A stretch of DNA of 20,000 bases from Malacoraja senta. Lineage: Eukaryota. The stretch lies in the NCBI GenBank assembly GCA_038087875.1, contig JAXLNO010000053.1, forward strand, positions 49,467 to 69,466, given 5' to 3'. Positions 1 through 11,745 of the stretch are shown here, one piece after another. The stretch's first letter is position 1; the number at the start of each line of letters is the position of its first letter. A program made the position numbers and the translations under genes. Below the pieces are notes generated by a model. That model saw only the letters and a program-made list of their open reading frames with translations. It was not told where the DNA came from and made no database searches.

Positions 1-373
1 CAAGCGCGACTTCCTCCGAAGCGGGGGCCGCGCGGAGGCCGAGTGATTACCGTACGGCCTGTCCCACGAGCATGCGAATGCATGCGGCGAGCGCGGCGTC
101 GGGTGATGACGTCATCGCGCAATGCAACGCGCTAGCCTACTCCGTCAAGACAGTGCGCGGCATCGAGGCGGTGCGCGCGGCGGCAGGCCGTTGCCGCACG
201 GGATTTTTGGACAGTGTCAGTTTTTCTGAGCCCCGCACGGTGTCGGGACCAACTACCTACGGCTCCGGCGATCTACGTGGGACCGACCCCGCGACCCCGC
301 GGCCCCCGCGCAGCCTCCGCTTCCTGCTAGGTCGCGCTTGCCGCCTGGAATCGCCTGCCCGTGGGACAGGCCC
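1..373. mobile_element. GC-rich MITE / non-autonomous DNA transposon, probably PIF/Harbinger type (left end likely outside the window)
   Basis: Inverted repeat GGCCTGTCCCACGAGCATGCGA (56-77) versus 351-372 (20/22). 1-10 is the reverse complement of 331-340. The right end GGCCC is followed by TTA and an abrupt switch to AT-rich DNA. Confidence 0.7.
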
Positions 374-2071
374 TTAAAAGCTCCACAATGTAGCAAAACA
401 GTCTTCCACTATAATCCAGTCCACCAATGCCATTGGTGAAAATAGGGCAAAGGACAAAGGACAAAGGACAAAACATAGAAAAACAAATGGAAGATACAAG
501 ATGCAAGACAATGAATATTTGTATACAACTGCTGAAAATGAACAGAACCTAATTTAGGTCAATTCCATCCCCCAGACTAAATTCTCTGCCACCAATTCAA
601 AAACTGGTTCCACTAATCACAAGCATTTTTGTTTATGTTGTGCGCATGCATGTTTCTCTTCTGCCACCAATGGTCTAAAATCTGTCCTGCAACTTTAATA
701 GACATACATTAGTATCTAATCTTTTTCATTACATTGTATAACTACTTCTGTGAAATCACGGTGAATTTCAGCTAGTGAAGCCGTTCCCCAGCCACTAGAT
801 CAATTCACATTACTGAATACGGTGGGCCCTGTTCAAATATCAATGGAGTATCTTTTTTTCCAACTTTGATACATTGTGGAACATCACACGAATATGAAAA
901 ACGTGTTCAGAACATGTGAGATCGTTTCATAATTAAGCTTGCGCCTAATCTTTACAGAGACCTACCTCTACATTATGGGCAGATGACATTCCCAGAAAAC
1001 GGCCAGTATTGTGATTTTCTGCCGCTCAAAGTCACGACATCTGTGTGTGCATCAGGAAATGAGTTGAAGTAAATTGTATTCACCTTTTTCCACATTCACT
1101 TCAAGCCTGCTTATAGAGCAATTTTTGATTGTGTACCACAGTTACAATGATTTGAGAATTTTGCAAGGGCGAATTGCCATCACCAAAATACTGCAACACA
1201 GAGGTCGCTTGTATACTATAAATGCAGGCTTGAGGAACCAAATCATTATTTTTAAAAACACTGCATGAGCAAATAATCTTAACTATTACAACAACAAAAA
1301 AAACAATTTTCTTCATGCATGTTTTGATGGGGTTTTTTAAACTGCACTTTATGTCCTAAGGTATACAATTGATATGGACCTTATCTGTCAAGTTCTTATT
1401 TGATGAAAGGAGTTCATAAATAAATGCTTTCATCATTCAAACCACAAGTACCAGTTGGGAACTAACAAGGATCTATCTGGACACCATTTGCAGCTGGGTA
1501 GTTTGTCACTGGCAGTCCATTGCCTACTGCAAGGCCAATGCTACATCAGCTCTGTTTGTGGCATATACTCAATGGCTTAAACAAAATGTGCACTGAGCCT
1601 ATTCTCAAATTATTTTTTGCTTGATTTAATGGCTTGTTTTGAAAAGGCATTTAAGGAGCATGTGGTTGCATAACGTTACCGCCACATGAACAGTGCTTGT
1701 TGGTCGCAAGTATGTATACAAACTAATGAATTAAATCCGATTTTTCTTTGCTTTATTTGAACCATGTTCTTGAAGTTAATTATCAACACACAATCACTTC
1801 AGCCCTTGAGTAAAATAGGGTTAATCTGAATGAATTATTTAATCCAAAGTCTCAAAAGAATTAAAGTTTCAACTGTTGGAACATCTCTAACATATTCCTC
1901 AAAAGAATATGTTCACACATATTGTGCACAAAGTTCTTTATTTTGCCCATTTTGCCAATTGTTCATGACTAGGAAAAGAAAAAAAATTATACAGGCACAT
2001 AACTAGCAGCAGGAATCAAGATGAAAGAGTTTTGACTATTAAACCTGTTCCCTTTGACAGTTTCTTATATA

Positions 2072-2132
2072 ACCATATAACCATAACAGCACGGAAACAG
2101 GCCATCTCGTCCCTTCAAGTCCGTGCCGAACA
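2072..2132 (-). mobile_element. Short LINE/SINE 3'-tail fragment next to retroposon copy A
   Basis: cagcacggaaacaggccatctcgtccc resembles the tail motif (ggcctgtttcc..gctgt) of other LINE/SINE ends in this window. Confidence 0.55.
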
Positions 2133-2150
2133 TTTTAAAAACATTTTTTT

Positions 2151-2290
2151 TTCTTCTTCTTGCGTATGGCGTTCACATCCTAAAGTTGTAGGACAACTTG
2201 TTCTATTTGATCTTATTTGGTTGTGCACGCCAGGTTGATTGCATTCGGCGAAACAGGGAGGACCACGTGAAGGTTGCAATCTCCCACCCC
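2151..2290 (-). mobile_element. Ribozyme-headed retroposon (copy A) in axin1 intron 2
   Basis: Reverse complement aligns end to end with 14421-14561, same 5' start; (AAG)n tail followed by an A run. No clear TSD because homopolymers flank it. Confidence 0.88.
2237..2290 (-). ncRNA. Minimal HDV-like ribozyme, copy A
   Basis: GGGGUGG GA GAUUGCA ACC UUCACGU GGU CCUCCCU GU UUCGC CGAA UGCAAUC; canonical CGAA J4/2 and one U-U mismatch in P1. Confidence 0.83.
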
Positions 2291-3249
2291 TCCTTCCCCC
2301 CCCCCCCCCCCCCATGACAGCAAGGATGGTGTACACATTTATATCAGTGTTGGAAAATGTTGAGTAAATGGGTCCAACTCAAATTACTTTAAATGTAAAA
2401 ATAAATTTGAAATGAAATGAAAGTGACCAACCAGAATGTGTGGAAAGTAATAATTATTCTGGTCACAGACTCACCAGAAGAAGAAAAAATGAAAATATCA
2501 TGACTGTCTTATTTTCCAAAATAAAGTTTCCAATTGCAGAAGTGACAACAGAAAGATAATTGCTACGATGCAGCAAGGCCAGGGCAATATGTTGATTACA
2601 AAGCCATCAGGTTGATTGATTAATGATGGAAATTAGAGATTAATTTTTTAAAAATCTCCTTCACATTGGCAAACCACGGCCAGTTGGGTGAAGCACCTTC
2701 ATTCAGTCAGTAGGGCAGCCTTTGGGACTCAATATCAAAGTCAACAATTTTGTTTGTTTCAGTATTGCCCTCATTAATCTGATAACTATGAACAGCATTG
2801 ACCAATGCAAACCTGGTACTTTTGGCAGTTTCCTGAAATATTTATACTTCTGCATTCCCTTTTATTTAGTTTGGCTTCCTATCAAAACATTTGCGTGATG
2901 CAAGAGAACACAGATTTTGTCCATTTATTCAATCAATTTCTCATCCAGCAGAAAGCCAGGTGTATGTCAACCCAACACCTCAAGAGTCTCCCCAACACCT
3001 TCTGTCTTCAATGACAGGATAACTTCTTGAAAAATCCACAGTAAATGTTCACACTGTTTGCTTCCAATTCATCCTTAGTAACAAATATGATATTGTGAAG
3101 ACTGGACAATTCTTTAAAAAAAATAGAATAAAGGACATGTAAAACCAAAATTTCCAACTTAAAAAAAACATTCTATTTGAAATGCACAACTGCATTTACA
3201 TACCAAACATGAAATTAGCTTGTCTTAGAATTTACGAGTAATTGTGCCT

Positions 3250-3420
3250 ATTTCCTTTGCTCCATAGATGCTGCCTCACCCGCTGAGTTTCTCCAGCATT
3301 TATGTCTACCTTCGATTTTCCAGCATCTGCAGTTCCTTCTTAAACATTTTGTCTACTCCACTGCGAAATCTCCTCAAGGTATGCCTACTTTGAAGAAGTT
3401 CTCCTCCTCTCTCCGAAGAC
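3250..3420 (+). mobile_element. Penelope-like terminal-repeat fragment
   Basis: ctccatagatgctgcctcacccgctgagtttctccagcatt...ccagcatctgcagttcc is homologous to 5886-6017 (inverted), 14070-14185 and 16017-16080. Confidence 0.6.
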
Positions 3421-4286
3421 AGTTTAACAACCTCCTGTCACTGCCCCCCCCCCCACCTCTGTAATTCCCCCTTCCCTCCAACACTACGACCATAAAAATA
3501 AAAAAGATGCTTACCTTATTGATTAGATAGTTCATTCAGTAACATATTTCTCAATAAAAAGGAACATTTTAAAATCTGATAAATAAACTAGTTCAAATTT
3601 ATTATTTTGTAATCCATGCTATCTTTTCTGGTGATAACTGCTTGCAAGGCTAATAATTCCAAAAATGTTAAAGCATGTCTCTTACTGCAAGGCTGCTCTG
3701 GACTGCAACCAAATTCATAGAAATATTATTTTCCTGTCCATGTTACATTATTACTGAGCAAACTAGACTGAGCAAAGTTTTCATTGAGTTGCAAGAACAA
3801 AATGCAAAGCAATAGTTTAATTACACTAATGGTTTGGAGATGTTAAATCTAAACTCGATAACTTAAATTGATGAATTTAATCCCATACTGTGACTGCATA
3901 CGAGTTACCACAAACTGATTTTATACACCAAATATCTTTGATTAACACATTTTGCAACAGCAAAGTATACATTAATTTCAAATCCAGTAAGTTAAATGAT
4001 GAGTAAACAAGAAAACAACTATTATCATTGCTGTAATGGAGGAAATAAAGTTCATAAAGGAGCATTTCAGTAAGTAAAATATAGCTAAAGTTTTAAAGAG
4101 ACAAAAAGATGAAAACTTCCACTGAAACAAAAACAAATTATAACTAAGATCTTACTGAATAACAGAATGCTTGAAAACATTAAAGGCCTACTTCTGCTCA
4201 ATGTTGCAATATCACAAATTACACCGACAATGGTGAATTTTGCAGCATTCAATATTTCACAATTGATTTAATACTACATCATTTAC

Positions 4287-5164
4287 CTGTATTCCCGAGC
4301 TTCATCGAATCGCCTGGTTGGACCAGCACGTTGTGGTGCTGTTTCCATGAGCAATTTCTGTGTAAGCCTATTTACAGTAGCCAAATCTCTCCCTTTTTGT
4401 TCATCTGTGTCTTGGTCACATTTCCATTCCTCGTCCTCATTCAAAGTAGGTAAATATCCTAATAATGCTTTTCCTGTCCCAGATCCCGAGCTCTGATCGC
4501 TAAATAACTTTGGACTTTCGCCACCTGTCCTTGTATATTCCAAATAAATATCAGACTTCAGGAATACAGGGTAGGTGTTCTCCTCCATCATTGTCTGAAT
4601 TTCAGTTTGTGCCTGGTCAAACATAGCAGGGTCTATCTGTTGCTTCATAACACAATCCTTTATGAAACATTTTGTGGCTGGCTTGATCTGCCTAGATACA
4701 ATACCATTGTTGTCCAAAATGTATTTCTTGTATATGGCTTTTGCCAATTTAAGCCTCTTTTCTTCATTAGAATCATTAGGTTCCAGTTTCCTGAATCCAC
4801 TGCATGCAAACCAAAAATCCAGCAGGTCCACACAGTCTTCTTGTTTTAAGAAAGTCCTGAATAAATTTATTCCATCCTGATCATCCAGCAAAGAGTGTAA
4901 TGACTCAGCCCATTTCAGGTACGGGGGTGTTGGTGAAGCACTCCCCTCCGGTTCATAACCCAAATCCAAATCTGGTCTCCGTGGGGTTGCTGTGGAAGCC
5001 TCACTTTTAAGCCCATCATTTTTTATGGGGTAGAAACAGTGGTTTAATTGCCTACTGTCTGTGGATGCCAGCTCGCCCTCTTCACCTGGGACAGGTGGCC
5101 TTGGTGCATCTTCTGTGAAGCTTCCCCCTAGGTCTGCCAAATATGCTTTTCCTCTTGCACTCAT
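4287..5164 (-). CDS. axin1: Axin-1, first coding exon (tankyrase-binding motifs and RGS domain); the gene continues off the left of the window
   Basis: Translation [31 protein letters not shown]...[34 protein letters not shown]...[12 protein letters not shown]...[10 protein letters not shown] matches vertebrate Axin1; [12 protein letters not shown] is Axin1-type, not Axin2-type. ATG at 5164-5162 has A at -3, with an in-frame TGA upstream (5233-5231). Exon ends at donor CAG|GTAAAT (last base 4287; 878 coding nt, phase 2); the ORF-track stop is intronic. Confidence 0.97.
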
Positions 5165-5268
5165 TTTTGTAGCAACCACATACACAGCACCAAATCCAGT
5201 GCAATCACAATTCTTCGCAAGGTCAAATATTCAAGCAGAAAACAATTATCGGTAGTATTGTATTCTTC
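5165..5268 (-). other. axin1: 5'UTR part of axin1 exon 2, with its splice acceptor
   Basis: Minus strand reads TTTTTGTCTTTGATTACAG|GAAG (pyrimidine tract, AG at 5270-5269). Vertebrate axin1 has a non-coding exon 1 and the ATG in exon 2. Confidence 0.8.
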
Positions 5269-5885
5269 CTGTAATCAAAGACAAAAAGTTAAATTCTGCA
5301 ATTTTAAAACAGTGAATATAATGTGCTTTAATTCAAAGCTATTGTAGACCAGGAGGAAATTACTTAAGGTATAAATCACAGCATTAGGCTAAAATATTAT
5401 TTTCCGATCCCCTATCCCCCATAACAAAATGAACAAATGAAAACAAGGGATGAGGGTCCATCATCTACTATGTCATTTCAACATCACCTCACCCCTTTCT
5501 TTAAAATTAATATCCTATTATTGAATTACAAGCAAACATTACTTCAATTGAAAAATACTTTGCACTCTGAAAGATGAAACTTCTGATAATTCGATAAAGC
5601 TTACACTTAACATTACCAATTATCCCTAAAAAAGAATAGCACAAATTATCAATGTTAAAGCAAGATATTTTCCAATTTTGCATTGAAATACTATAAAAGG
5701 TGCAAAGAACAGCTAATGAATTGTAAATTGGCAATGTTAAATTATATTGTCCCAGGAGAGTCAGACTACATATACAACTGATCCAACCCTTAGTCTAGGG
5801 AGGTATTATTAAGTTTCGGTTCTTTTGGTTGAAACATAGTTTGAGAAACTGCAGCAATATTTAAGTCAGATATTTCTGGCAGAAC

Positions 5886-6017
5886 GTGTAGGAAAGAACT
5901 ACAGATGCTGGTTTAAATCAAAGGTAGACACAAAATGCTAGAGTAACTCAGCAGGACAGGCAGCATCTCTGGAGAGAATGGATGGGTGTCGTTTCGGGTC
6001 CAGACCCTTCTTCAGAC
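5886..6017 (-). mobile_element. Penelope-like terminal repeat with a vestigial minimal hammerhead core
   Basis: Minus strand CTGAAGA-A-GGGTC-TG-GACCC-GAAAC-GAC followed by ctccagagatgctgcctgtcctgctgagttactc. Confidence 0.65.
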
Positions 6018-6324
6018 ATTGGCAGAAACTTTCATTTATCAATGAACAAAGTACAATTTACTACAATTTAGTAAAAGTTAAAAAAAATCAATCCAATGTG
6101 CTTTGCTTCACACACGCATTATAAAATAGTGGATACAAACTGTTTCAGAAGACCAAGGTGTAAAATTTCAAAAATGCCATTAAAGCCTGATTTATCAGGT
6201 GCATATTTAAAAATCTATTAGATTAAGAAACAGAGGGGGGTGATATTCTCCTCAACTCTAGCAACATTAATTGTTCAACCACGATCAGTAAAACAAAATT
6301 TATCACACAATTCACTTGAGCCAC

Positions 6325-6500
6325 AGGAGGCTACAGAAGCAGATACTATAACACCTTTGAAAAGATTTTGGACCGATATGTGGATAGGAAGGGTTCAGAG
6401 AGATGTCGGTCAAATGCTGGCAAATGCAACTGGCCCAGAATGCAAACTTGGTTGGCATGGATAAGTTGCGTTGAGGGGCTTGTTTCCATGCTGCACAGAT
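6325..6500 (+). mobile_element. Degenerate CR1-group LINE 3' end
   Basis: Encodes an EADTITPLKRFW-like ORF2 end and a tail similar to 16095-16260 and 19640-19930. Confidence 0.65.
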
Positions 6501-6574
6501 CTGATTCACTGCAGTTCCTCCATTCTAACTATATATAACTTGAATGCCAGGAACGAAGGTTACAAAAAACGATG

Positions 6575-6975
6575 AACACTGCCCAATCCATCACAGGTAC
6601 TGGCCTCTCCACCGAAGGGATCTAGAAGAGCGGTGTTTCAAAAAGCAACCAATATCATTAGTCACACACCACTTTGGTCAAGCTCTCAAGACGGTTATAT
6701 AGGAGCCTGAAAACAGTAACGTCCAGGTTCAGGAGCAGCCGAGCAACCATCAGCCTATTAAATACTAGGAACTCCAACTAAACTGAGCTATGAATTGCCT
6801 GGGTTGCACTAGAATGTTCAGGCTTTGTTTTGTACTACATTTGATTTCTTTAAATTTATTGAAGTTGTTTTTCTGTTTATATTATCTATTGAATACCACG
6901 TTTACAAATCTGTGGGCTGCTACCCCAAGTAAGAATTTCATTGTTCTGTTGCAGAGCATATGATAGCAAAACGTT
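6575..6975 (+). mobile_element. Degenerate Rex1/Babar-like LINE 3' end
   Basis: gcccaatccatcacaggtac...tataggagcctgaaa...ccaggttcaggagcagc...accatcagcct; similar to the minus-strand fragment at 18000-18350. Confidence 0.55.
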
Positions 6976-9900
6976 TGACTCTTGATTATATGCAAATTGC
7001 AGCTTAATTACTCCCATTACAATTATGACTACACCTGAAAAATGATAAGGCCCAACGTACATTGACATATGGTATTACAGGAGGTGTCGGCTTATTGATC
7101 AAATTCTCTTTAAGCATTTTTCTCCAATGGAAGATATTGCTTGCAATTTTTTGAAAGCTATGGTCTGTCAGTATTTTAAATCACAACTCAAAATTTCAAT
7201 GCACAATGATCCAAATCTATTCACATGACAAATATGATCAAAAATGATTGCTTCTATCCTTTGTACCTTGTTACCTTCTATCACAATTTTCACCTATAGA
7301 TGAACTGACAATAATTTAATTTTAATTTCATGGTCGTCACACCCAATAACATTAAGGCATTATAGATAACTATAAATTCAGCATAATGAAAAATCCTACC
7401 TTTGATGAAAATGTAAACCTATCATTTGATTTGTTAAATTTCTTAGGGCGACTAGAATACTTCTCGGCTCCATCATCCATTAAAAAAAGATTTTCAACAG
7501 TATAAATCAGTGGTTGCTGCGTAACATCCACAGAAATAGAAATCCAAACTGTCAGCCAATGTCCCATTTACTCATAAATGACATCCCCCCCAGCAGATTT
7601 GCTACTTGCTAAAGTGATACCCATTCTGTTCAAACTCTAAACATTGTTTACACTTCCCTGTACTCAGAACTATACATCAACCCTCAACATTAGATGCCAA
7701 ATGATTATTTCTCCTGCTATTTCTGTATACATTTGCTTTGCTGATTGCAAGAACTTGCCACGTGCAAAATGACTACTGCAATTCCTTTATCACAAAATTG
7801 TGAAAGGTACCAAATAAACCCCAATGGAGAGCTCTTTTAAGACTGAAATTGTCTCCAAAGATGACAGAATTGCAAATCAAAATTTCCTAAAAGCTGGCTG
7901 TCATTTCAACTCAAACGAAACCAGTGTTTAATGTATAATGGAATCAAAGACTAAATGGAACATTAAGCAACATAAATGTACAACATTAATGAACACCTTA
8001 CAATACATAACGGGATCTCTTTAGGGAAGCAAAAGACATCCAATGAAAATGAGAGAACCATAAGTATAATGAGCGGCTGTAACATTCTGCCTCCTACAAG
8101 TGTGGAGGTGCATCTCAGATGAAAGCCCCAAAATTTTGCTGGGAAATCCCACCCCAGGCACCTCACAATCAGTTTGATAATCTAAAGTAAACTTTGCAAT
8201 TGTGATGACATAACACAATACTTTTTGCAAAGGTGTCAATCCCGTTAATCTCAAATTAAACTGTGGGCACAGACTTGAATTAGTGCAAATTTCCAACAAA
8301 ATACAATTCAAATTTGATGTGCATTTCTGCAGAATTAATTTATCTGATTAAAGATGTTGCATTGTGCTAATTGGGAAGACCTGAATATCAGGATTTAAAA
8401 AAAAACAATCTACATTAGATCTTAGAGTGGCCTACTTTTCAATGATGCACTCCATGGGGGAACCAACTGCTGATAAATATATTCATTTTCTGTTTTTTAA
8501 ATCCTGCTTGAAAAAAAAAATGTTGTGTTGCAGAATGAAACCATGGAAAAAATTAAACACCCATCACGGCTCAAAAAAATCCAGATATATTTAGGCAATA
8601 TTTAAAATTAAAGAGTCATTAAAATAGACCCAAAAAACCCGATTCCACTGGCATATACCAAATATAAAAATAATCAAACGATACTCTTTCCTCGCAGGCA
8701 TCGACCTTCATTTAAAAGCAGCCTCCCCGTTTGATGTTTTGAAACCACCTACAATCGCTGTTTAATCTGCTGCAATGTTTAAGCTATTATTCCTTAGATA
8801 CTTTTACTACTGAATCCTTTCCTGAAGGGCAAATCTTTATTCGTCCACCTTCAAACTATAGTTACATAGATATATCTAAACGTGCTAGTTGCAGCGATTG
8901 CAGATCAGGTTGGAAAAGAATCGCTATACCTTGCACTTGCGAGATGTTTGTGCACAAGTCCTCTCGATCTGACTGATGCATCTGCAGCCCGCATCACATT
9001 CATTTCTTGGCCTCTCGAACAACGTGGGGGGATGGGAAAGTGCAAACGAGACCCCTTTTAGCTACTTGTTCTCGTTTGTTTCTAATAGAAACGGTCCAAG
9101 CTCCCCGTTTTAAACACGCTACATCTTGTACGACTTTCTAATATCGAATATCATAGCGTTAACCAATCTACGAAAGATCTCGCTAGAAACAAATCTCATC
9201 TAAACTTGATCTAGAAATGATTGGCATAAAATCCAAGTACGATTCAACTCACCCTTTGCACATTTTCAGGCACAGCTACCTCACACTGCAATTAAACACG
9301 CTCCTGGCTTCGCGACCTACCTTTAAAAATCTGTGCTCAGCTGACGTGTGCATCGGAGATGTTTAAAGTCCAAACGCCCAAATATTAATAACAACAAGAA
9401 AATATTTAAACACTTTCTTTGTTATTTTCAATCTCTCGCACACTCAGGAGACATACACATTCCCTGGCCCCCTCTAAGACGGTCCAGAGAGCGCCCCCTG
9501 CCTTAGTACAGATACTGCATGGAGTTCACCAAACATCCAGATACGTACATCGTACATACCGAAAATCCTTTGGCCTAATCCACTAATTGTACCCGGAAAA
9601 AAAAATCTAAAGATTATAAATTCAACTTTTTCTGTTGATCGTGATACGTATTTAGAACAAAGCAAAGTCTCAATGCTCCCGCGAATGTCAATCACGTTTA
9701 GCAGAATGCCTTTGTATTCCACACGATGTCATTCTCGCAATCAAACCTATTTGCGCAAAAAAATGATTTAAATACTAGACAGGGTTAAAACACAAAACAT
9801 TTATATTCCCAAAGAAAACAGGTATGGATCATGGGTAGATACAAATAATTTCCCATCGCCATGCCAAATGCTACGTTGTATAAACTGGGGTTTACACCAA

Positions 9901-10607
9901 CTCACTCTAGGGGAAGTAACAATATTTATTTACCAAAATTGCAACATCCGAACTGCATTGGATTTGAGATTTTCATGTTGGTATACCATAATACAATTAT
10001 CAAGGGCGCAAGGCATTCAGAATCTGTAAGAAAGTCAAATCCCGGATTGCAAAACAACTTAAAAGGTCTTCGTGTGTAATTATATCTGATTAGAAATAGT
10101 GAACATGTGTTAAAATCTCTTAACTACCGAATAAAAATTGCAGTTATCTCTAAATACCATCAGCAGTCCTCAGATGTTTTATCGTTCATGTCACTGGAGC
10201 ATTTTTACACACATTGGTACATTATCCTTTAAACAATCAGTACTTTGAACCAATTAGTACCATCCAAACATAAAGTATCCCTCTTCAGAATTAATTACAA
10301 TATGGGTGAGCACATGCAATATTTAATTTAACCCCTTACATATTTACACGCGATTCAAGTTACCCCTTCTAGCGTGGGTATTAATGCATTCTGTACAAAA
10401 ACCTTACTCAAAGGCAAAATGTTCCAGATATTTGATTTTCATACCCTAAACTTGTCCACTTCATCCTCTGTAGTAAATTGTCAGAAATATATATTTTTGA
10501 ACAATTGAATTAAGAACTCAAGGTACCTCATTTTAATTTGTCTATGTTCATGGAGCTGTAATGATTTCTGGATCGACTTGTTAGGCAAAGGAGTAGTTTA
10601 TATTCGA

Positions 10608-10630
10608 AGTTCAAAGGTCAGCCAAGGTCA
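10608..10630 (+). promoter_or_regulatory. Composite nuclear-receptor element (DR1 plus perfect DR4)
   Basis: AGTTCA-A-AGGTCA-GCCA-AGGTCA: three direct half-sites. Function is inferred from the motif only. Confidence 0.45.
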
Positions 10631-11390
10631 AATGTCCTACTAATGCTTAAACCACACCAAAAAATCAAATCGTAACTACACCTTGTTCGCAACAGGTTCA
10701 ATTCTTAATACTTCCAGTACTCGCCTGTCAGTGAAATAATTGTATTGAACTACTTGATTACAAATGAAATATCTTTAGCAAACTATTTTCCTTAAAAAAA
10801 TGTTAAGCTTCCACCCCCCCCCCCCCCGAAAATGGTCCAAACAGACGTCGGGTGGAGGGAGGGTTTGAGAGAAGGAAAGCCAATGTTTTGAATACATACA
10901 AAATTGTAATTAAAATGTTTTGATGAGGAACCTAAAATATAGGCAATATGCAGACTGATCAGTGCAAAAAAACCCCAACTAGAGCACCTGCCAAAACTGC
11001 CGTTGAAATGCTAAAATATACAGGTCAATGGTTTTATGTTTAGTTGTCAACGAAGAGTAACGTTAAGACCAATGAACAAACGCCGAAGCACCACTTTTGT
11101 GTTCAGCTAATGTTTTTGTATGCAATGTAACAGCTAATTCAGCTCAGGAACGCGAACAGATGTCACTACTATTTGGACCAACAACTGTGAAGTTGGGCAA
11201 AGTTTCCAGCCATTAAATAACTGGATTATTTGCCGTTCGCCTTCCAAAACCCCCAATATTTCCTTTATGGAAGAACTGCCGCTTCCCTCTTTTGTTGCTA
11301 TAAAGTAGAAAGATCTGGCATATGGCGCAAGATTGCTCGTCAGGAAAAAAAAGTGCATTACAAACCAGATTCGTGTAAACCGATCAAGAA

Positions 11391-11549
11391 AGTTGCAAGT
11401 CCCTGATTTTTCTCCCCAACAAAGTGCAAGTCTCAAAATGATCTGCCCATCAAAGTGTACGTCTCAAAATGCTCTCCCCAAAGTGCAAGTGCCAAAATGT
11501 TCTCCCCAGTAAAGTGCAAGTCCCAAATATTTCTCCAAAGTGCAAATCC
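11391..11549. repeat. Degenerate minisatellite, ~26-31 bp unit, ~5.5 copies
   Basis: Consensus about AAAGTGCAAGTCYCAAAATGNTCTCCCC repeated in tandem. Confidence 0.8.
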
Positions 11550-11745
11550 AAGACTTTTCAGCAGTATAACTACTTTTGCAGTTGCTTTAACCTCACCTCC
11601 CTCCCTCCACCCCACGCCGCCACCAAAAAATAGTTTGCCGCAGAGTGGCTGAGCCACTTTCACAGCTCCTCTCCCTTCTATGTTTTCTCTCTCACACGCA
11701 CGTACATAGACAAACACAAACACACACAGAAAGGGTCGGATTTAC

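Noticed and set aside
72..377. 101-aa GC-rich ORF
   Set aside because: Lies inside the MITE and has no transposase motifs.
446..473. (GGACAAA)x3-4 and several poly-C runs
   Set aside because: Ordinary simple repeats with no supporting context.
2115..2336. Shared peptide GGRLQPSRGPPCF... in ORFs 2115-2336 and 14393-14773
   Set aside because: Incidental translation of the non-coding ribozyme retroposon; starts and stops lie in unrelated flanks.
4287..5164. Assignment as axin2 or a processed pseudogene
   Set aside because: Diagnostic residues are Axin1-type, the frame is intact, and canonical splice sites flank the exon.
5165..5185. N-terminal extension MYVVATK in the ORF track
   Set aside because: It starts at GTG; homology and Kozak context put the start at ATG 5164.
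11391..11549. Repeat array as a possible CRISPR
   Set aside because: Vertebrate intron, degenerate tandem units, no unique spacers and no cas genes.
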